From positions 3 through 64,002 of the forward strand of contig DAGG01000030.1 of NCBI GenBank assembly GCA_002498125.1: a DNA stretch of 64,000 nucleotides. The letters are read 5' to 3'. Shown piece after piece: positions 60,300 through 64,000 of this stretch; the first letter of the stretch is position 1; every line of letters begins with the position of its first letter. A program made the position numbers and the translations under genes. This DNA comes from Candidatus Woesearchaeota archaeon UBA525 (GTDB taxonomy: Archaea; Nanobdellota; Nanobdellia; Woesearchaeales; UBA525). The notes below the pieces were generated by a model. That model had not been told where the DNA came from, searched no databases, and was given only the letters and a program-made list of their open reading frames with translations.

Positions 60300-60901
60300 T
60301 AGAATGAGAGGATGCGTCCCAGGATGAGGCCGACGATGAGGCCGAAGACCAGTCCGTACATGAAATCGCGCACGATCATGCGGCTCGCATCATGGTCTTC
60401 CAGCGCGGGCTGCGCGGCCGACGTCTGCGTACCGAACAGCTCTTCGCGCACCTTGCCTTCTATCTTCGGTTCGCTGGCGTTCTCCTCGATGATGGTGAAA
60501 TCAGCGGTCTCAGCCGTCCTCACGCCTTGCGCAGGCTCTATGCTCGGCACCTCCTCCACAGCGAGTCCTTCTCCGGCCTCGGCGCCGAGAGGTGACGCGT
60601 AGAGGTCCTGCTCAATCCGCGACTGCATGTCGGAGCGCGCAGCGGTGATCGGTCTCGGATGGAGGTGGTCGTTGATGATCTCGACCGTCTCGACGATGCT
60701 CGTGACCTTCTGCAGGTCATCGGCGAGCCGCTCATCCTTGTGCACATGACGTATCCATGCCGCAAAGTCATTCTTCTGCGCGTTCACGTGATGATAGAAT
60801 TCCTGATAGCTGACACGCTCGATCTTCTCCTTGAGCTGCTCGACCGTGGCTACAGATTCTCCATCGCGGAAGTGGAACTGTTTCTCATACGGAATGTCCA
60901 T
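60299..60901 (-). CDS. Hypothetical protein: conserved ~60-aa N-domain, acidic linker, C-terminal TM helix
   Basis: N-domain ...VATVEQLKEKIERVSYQEFYHHVNAQKNDFAAWIRHVHKDERLADDL is paralogous to the C-domain of the next gene. TM helix FMYGLVFGLIVGLILGRI. Confidence 0.5.
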   Translation of the reverse strand: MDIPYEKQFHFRDGESVATVEQLKEKIERVSYQEFYHHVNAQKNDFAAWIRHVHKDERLADDLQKVTSIVETVEIINDHLHPRPITAARSDMQSRIEQDLYASPLGAEAGEGLAVEEVPSIEPAQGVRTAETADFTIIEENASEPKIEGKVREELFGTQTSAAQPALEDHDASRMIVRDFMYGLVFGLIVGLILGRILSF

Positions 60902-60936
60902 AGGTATTCCCCCAGCCCTCCGCTGGGAAACCCGCT

Positions 60937-61320
60937 TCAGTCATGCCCCGCCATGTGGCGGTAGATGACGAGCTGCAGGTGCTTCTTGTCGCCGGTGCCG
61001 AGCACTTTACGTGCGAGCTCTACGTCCTCGAACACGTCACGGATCCAGTTGTGGAAGTCATTCCTGTCCGCAGTGACGTGGTGGTGGAATACGTGGTCCT
61101 CGAGTTGATCGAGGATGCTCGCGAGCTCAGCGACGTTCTTGACCGGTTGGCCGTTGGCCAGTACGAAGTACTGCCCTTCTGGTATATCACGCGTCAAGTT
61201 GTATATGCGTACACGTGATGCGACCGGTTGTGTCGCTGGTCTCGACGCCGCCTTGCCGCCTGCCTTCTTGGCCGGTGCCTTCTTGGCCGGTGCCTTCTTC
61301 TTAGATGCCAATTTCCTCAC
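60937..61320 (-). CDS. Hypothetical protein: Lys/Ala/Pro-rich basic tail plus the same conserved ~60-aa domain
   Basis: MRKLASKKKAPAKKAPAKKAGGKAASRP is encoded by a 15-nt direct repeat at 61262-61291. It is followed by ...VKNVAELASILDQLEDHVFHHHVTADRNDFHNWIRDVFEDVELARKV. Confidence 0.5.
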   Translation of the reverse strand: MRKLASKKKAPAKKAPAKKAGGKAASRPATQPVASRVRIYNLTRDIPEGQYFVLANGQPVKNVAELASILDQLEDHVFHHHVTADRNDFHNWIRDVFEDVELARKVLGTGDKKHLQLVIYRHMAGHD

Positions 61321-61374
61321 CCCTCCTCTTATCCGATGCTCTTGGATTTATAAGGATTTTGATTATTTCCGTCG

Positions 61375-62619
61375 TCATACAATATGCATGACCTGCTCGC
61401 TTGGACGCTGTGTTATGTGCGCGACCGGCTGGAGCGTCTTCACTTTCGCACGCAGCGCCACGTCGTTGAGCACATTCATGAATGCGATATAGCCTTCGTA
61501 CGGACTCTCGTACGGGCTGAAGTACTTGTGGACGTCGCCGTCGCTGAACCACTTCGTACACATGTAGTAGAAGTGGTCGCTCGTAGTGAGCTTGCGCCAG
61601 TCCTCCATGAGGTGTTCATCTCCTGCTACGCGCACCGCCTTGCTCAGCCTGTAGAGCTCGTCGATCGCGCTCTGCTGCATCTTGTTACCGAGCCATGCGG
61701 TGAGATCTCGTTCGAGATCTGCCCAGCTGATGAAGTTGTGCACGTCAACCTCATCCATCATCGGGTAGCTCGCAGTCACCTCGCTCACGGTCTTGAAGTC
61801 GTTGTGCGGATGCTTGAGGAACTCCTCAGGAAGCGCACGCATGAAATCGAAGATCCCTGTATCCTCCCACTGGTGCTCGCCGAAGGTCTCGTAGTCCATG
61901 AAGAGATTAACAGTCTGACCTGCGCCGTTGACGTTGTTGAGCCAGTTCACGTACTTGTCCACTGTGAGCGGCCATTCGTTCCAACCACGGTTGCTGAAGC
62001 GGAACGCGACGTCATCAGAGAGGCGGTAGTTCTTCATGAGCAACGACATGTTCTCCGTGCTCTTGCTCTTGTAAACGAAGTTGCTGCTGCGCCACCCTAG
62101 GACGGGATCCCATCCTTCTGCGAGTATCGTGTTAAAGCCGAGCTTCTCCACGTGGTGCGCGAGCTCGTTGTTGTAGATGAGCTCTGTGTTGCGGAACGCC
62201 TTGGGCTCCTGGCCGAAAAGCTCCTTGATGATCTCGCGCTGCTTGTTCACCTGCGAGCAGAACTCCTCCTTATCGTAGAGGAATGAGAGGCTGTGGTAGT
62301 ATGTCTCTGCGAGGAACTCGACCTGGCCCGTTGCCGCGAGCTGCTGGAATGAGTGCAGGACCTCTGGCGCGTAGAGCTTCATCTGCTCGAGCGCGACGCC
62401 GCTGACGCTGAAGGAGACCTTGAACTTGCCCTGATGCTTGTTGATGAGCTCTAGGAGAAGGTTGTTCGTTGGCAGGTAGCACTTGCGCGCGACTTTGCGC
62501 ATGACCTCGGCGTTTTTCTGCTCATCGAAGTAGTCATGGTTGCGGCCAATGTCGAAGACAGAGTAGCGCCGCAGGCGGAAGGGCTGGTGTACCTGGAAGT
62601 AGAAGCAGATGCTGACCAC
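61375..62619 (-). CDS. Glycoside hydrolase family 57 (alpha-amylase/alpha-glucan-processing enzyme)
   Basis: ICFYFQVHQPFRLRRY N-terminus, ...FLAETYYH..., DYETFGEHQW. Confidence 0.85.
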   Translation of the reverse strand: MVSICFYFQVHQPFRLRRYSVFDIGRNHDYFDEQKNAEVMRKVARKCYLPTNNLLLELINKHQGKFKVSFSVSGVALEQMKLYAPEVLHSFQQLAATGQVEFLAETYYHSLSFLYDKEEFCSQVNKQREIIKELFGQEPKAFRNTELIYNNELAHHVEKLGFNTILAEGWDPVLGWRSSNFVYKSKSTENMSLLMKNYRLSDDVAFRFSNRGWNEWPLTVDKYVNWLNNVNGAGQTVNLFMDYETFGEHQWEDTGIFDFMRALPEEFLKHPHNDFKTVSEVTASYPMMDEVDVHNFISWADLERDLTAWLGNKMQQSAIDELYRLSKAVRVAGDEHLMEDWRKLTTSDHFYYMCTKWFSDGDVHKYFSPYESPYEGYIAFMNVLNDVALRAKVKTLQPVAHITQRPSEQVMHIV

Positions 62620-63872
62620 TAACGAACCTCCAAGAGAACTGGGCGGCTTGCCGCCTCCTCGTAGATGCGGATGCAGGCGTCCGCGGGCGCTTCCCAGGTG
62701 AATGTACTAATCTCTATCGCGCCGTGGTGCGTAAGCGTGGCGTGCAGCGAATCATAAGTGAGTGCAGCGATCATCTTGTTCGCAAGATCCTCTACATCCC
62801 AGAAATCCACCTTGAGCGCGTGGTTCAGGACCTCGCTGACACCGCTCTGGCGGCTAACAATTGCTGGCGTGCCGTTCTTCATAGCCTCGAGCGGCACGAT
62901 CCCGAAGGGTTCGCTCACGCTCGGCATAACGAAGAGGTCAGCCATGCGGTAGAGTTTGTCACCCTCCTCTCGCGTCACGAAGCCGGGAAATATGACCTTA
63001 TTGCCCAGGCCGAGCTCTGCAGCGCGCTCGATCATGCGCGGGAGCATGTCACCGGTGCCGGCGATGACGAACTTCACATTGGGCATGAGCGGCACGACCT
63101 TTGCCGCCGCCTCGAGGAAGTAGTCGGGCCCTTTTTGGAGCGTGACTCGGCCAAGGAACAGCACGAGCTTGTCGTTCGCCGAGAGGCGTTCGCGCGTCAC
63201 TGTGATGCCGTCATCAGATTCGACGCTATTGTAGACAACCTGGATTCGGTCGGGATTGACGTAGTACTGGTTGATGAGGCGCTGCTTGACCATCTTGCTG
63301 ACTGCGATAATCGTGTCTGCTTGATGGAAACCGTCGTGCTCTATCTTGTAGACTGTCGGGTCGGCGTGCTCGCCGCCGGTCTTGTCGAACTCTGTGATGT
63401 GCACGTGCAGTACGAGTGGTTTGCCGGTCTTGCGCTTGAGCGCGAGCGCCGCCGGGATTGTGGTCCAGTCGTGCGCGTGGATGACATCGAACTCTTCGTC
63501 CTCCGCTATCTCGCAGACTGCCTGAGCGAAGCGATCCATCTCCTCCAGAAGGTTCGCGCTGTAGAGCTTACCGAACTGCTTGTCGCGCTGGCCAATGCTC
63601 ATCTTCTGGTAGTTCCAGCTGTACTCCTGCACCGAGGCGTAGGGTGTGATGAGTGACTTGACACTCTTGGTCTTGATGCCTAGCTTGCGCATCTCGTGGC
63701 TCGCGACTAGGAGCTTGACATGAGAACTTGAGACGTGCTCAGGGCCGTTCGGCATGATGTACGTGACCTGGATTCCCTTCTTGGCGAGCGCCTTCGTGAG
63801 CTCATAGGTCACTGTGCCGACACCGCCAGCGAAGTATGGCGGGAATTCCCATCCGAGCATCAGTACGCGCAT
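62619..63872 (-). CDS. Glycosyltransferase group 1 (GT4/GT5-like, archaeal glycogen-synthase-like)
   Basis: MRVLMLGWEFPPYFAGGVGTVTYELTKALAKKG, HAHDW, FVMPSVSEPFGIVPLEAMKNGTPAIVS. The ATG at 63872 is preferred over the TTG at 63893. Confidence 0.8.
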   Translation of the reverse strand: MRVLMLGWEFPPYFAGGVGTVTYELTKALAKKGIQVTYIMPNGPEHVSSSHVKLLVASHEMRKLGIKTKSVKSLITPYASVQEYSWNYQKMSIGQRDKQFGKLYSANLLEEMDRFAQAVCEIAEDEEFDVIHAHDWTTIPAALALKRKTGKPLVLHVHITEFDKTGGEHADPTVYKIEHDGFHQADTIIAVSKMVKQRLINQYYVNPDRIQVVYNSVESDDGITVTRERLSANDKLVLFLGRVTLQKGPDYFLEAAAKVVPLMPNVKFVIAGTGDMLPRMIERAAELGLGNKVIFPGFVTREEGDKLYRMADLFVMPSVSEPFGIVPLEAMKNGTPAIVSRQSGVSEVLNHALKVDFWDVEDLANKMIAALTYDSLHATLTHHGAIEISTFTWEAPADACIRIYEEAASRPVLLEVR

Positions 63873-64000
63873 TTCCCTGTCTAGGGCTAGCAAGAAGACT
63901 TGCTACAACCCCACTCCACCTATTTTTACCAACATTTACGTGCACGTCTTTATAAATCTTTAGTAGGTTTGATATCGTCAAGGTTACCATTTCCCGACGA

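Noticed and set aside
63894-64000. Possible gene or RNA start at the right edge (TATA-like CTTTATAAATC at 63949-63959, hairpin TAGCAAG/CTTGCTA at about 63887-63906).
   Set aside because: Too little sequence remains to tell whether the TATA serves the minus-strand glycosyltransferase (long leader) or an unseen plus-strand gene. No call is made.
1-64000. Mobile elements, prophage, CRISPR-Cas or a known defence system.
   Set aside because: No ORF showed integrase, transposase, Cas, restriction-modification or capsid/terminase-like motifs on inspection. The tRNA-adjacent regions contain ordinary cellular genes.

Overview
Densely coding archaeal chromosomal window. Archaeal markers include GatD and GatE, Cdc48/VAT, SMC, Mre11, RNase HII and two tRNAs with 37/38 introns. 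Many genes have a GAAACCTTTAWA-type BRE/TATA element about 25 nt upstream of the start codon, which implies leaderless first genes, while internal operon genes have SD-like sites. The gene content looks like a small-genome, possibly DPANN-like archaeon carrying many bacterial-type genes: adk, a UvrD-like helicase, an IPT/MiaA-like enzyme, an ECF sigma-70-like protein and a PAS histidine kinase. Housekeeping genes present are adk, truD, gatD, gatE, cdc48, smc, rnhB, cysS, valS, mre11 and four tRNAs. There is also a HAD-GT2-GT1-HprK-like glycosylation operon and a six-gene glycogen cluster. I found no CRISPR array, transposase, integrase or reverse transcriptase. The most unusual content is listed here. 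(1) Two tandem ~1,430-aa secreted, extremely Cys-rich modular proteins share a conserved C-terminal third, have divergent N-terminal parts, and one carries an 8-unit coding tandem repeat. (2) A tightly coupled five-gene operon encodes unrecognisable, mostly membrane-anchored proteins. (3) A sigma-70/ECF-like gene sits behind an archaeal promoter. (4) An RNase HII is fused to an RNase HIII-type TBP-like domain. (5) A dCMP deaminase is broken by contraction of a CGCA tetranucleotide repeat. (6) A ZIP transporter gene starts 2 nt after a tRNA. (7) There are two candidate structured ncRNA regions. All family assignments come from motif recognition by eye. No database search was run.
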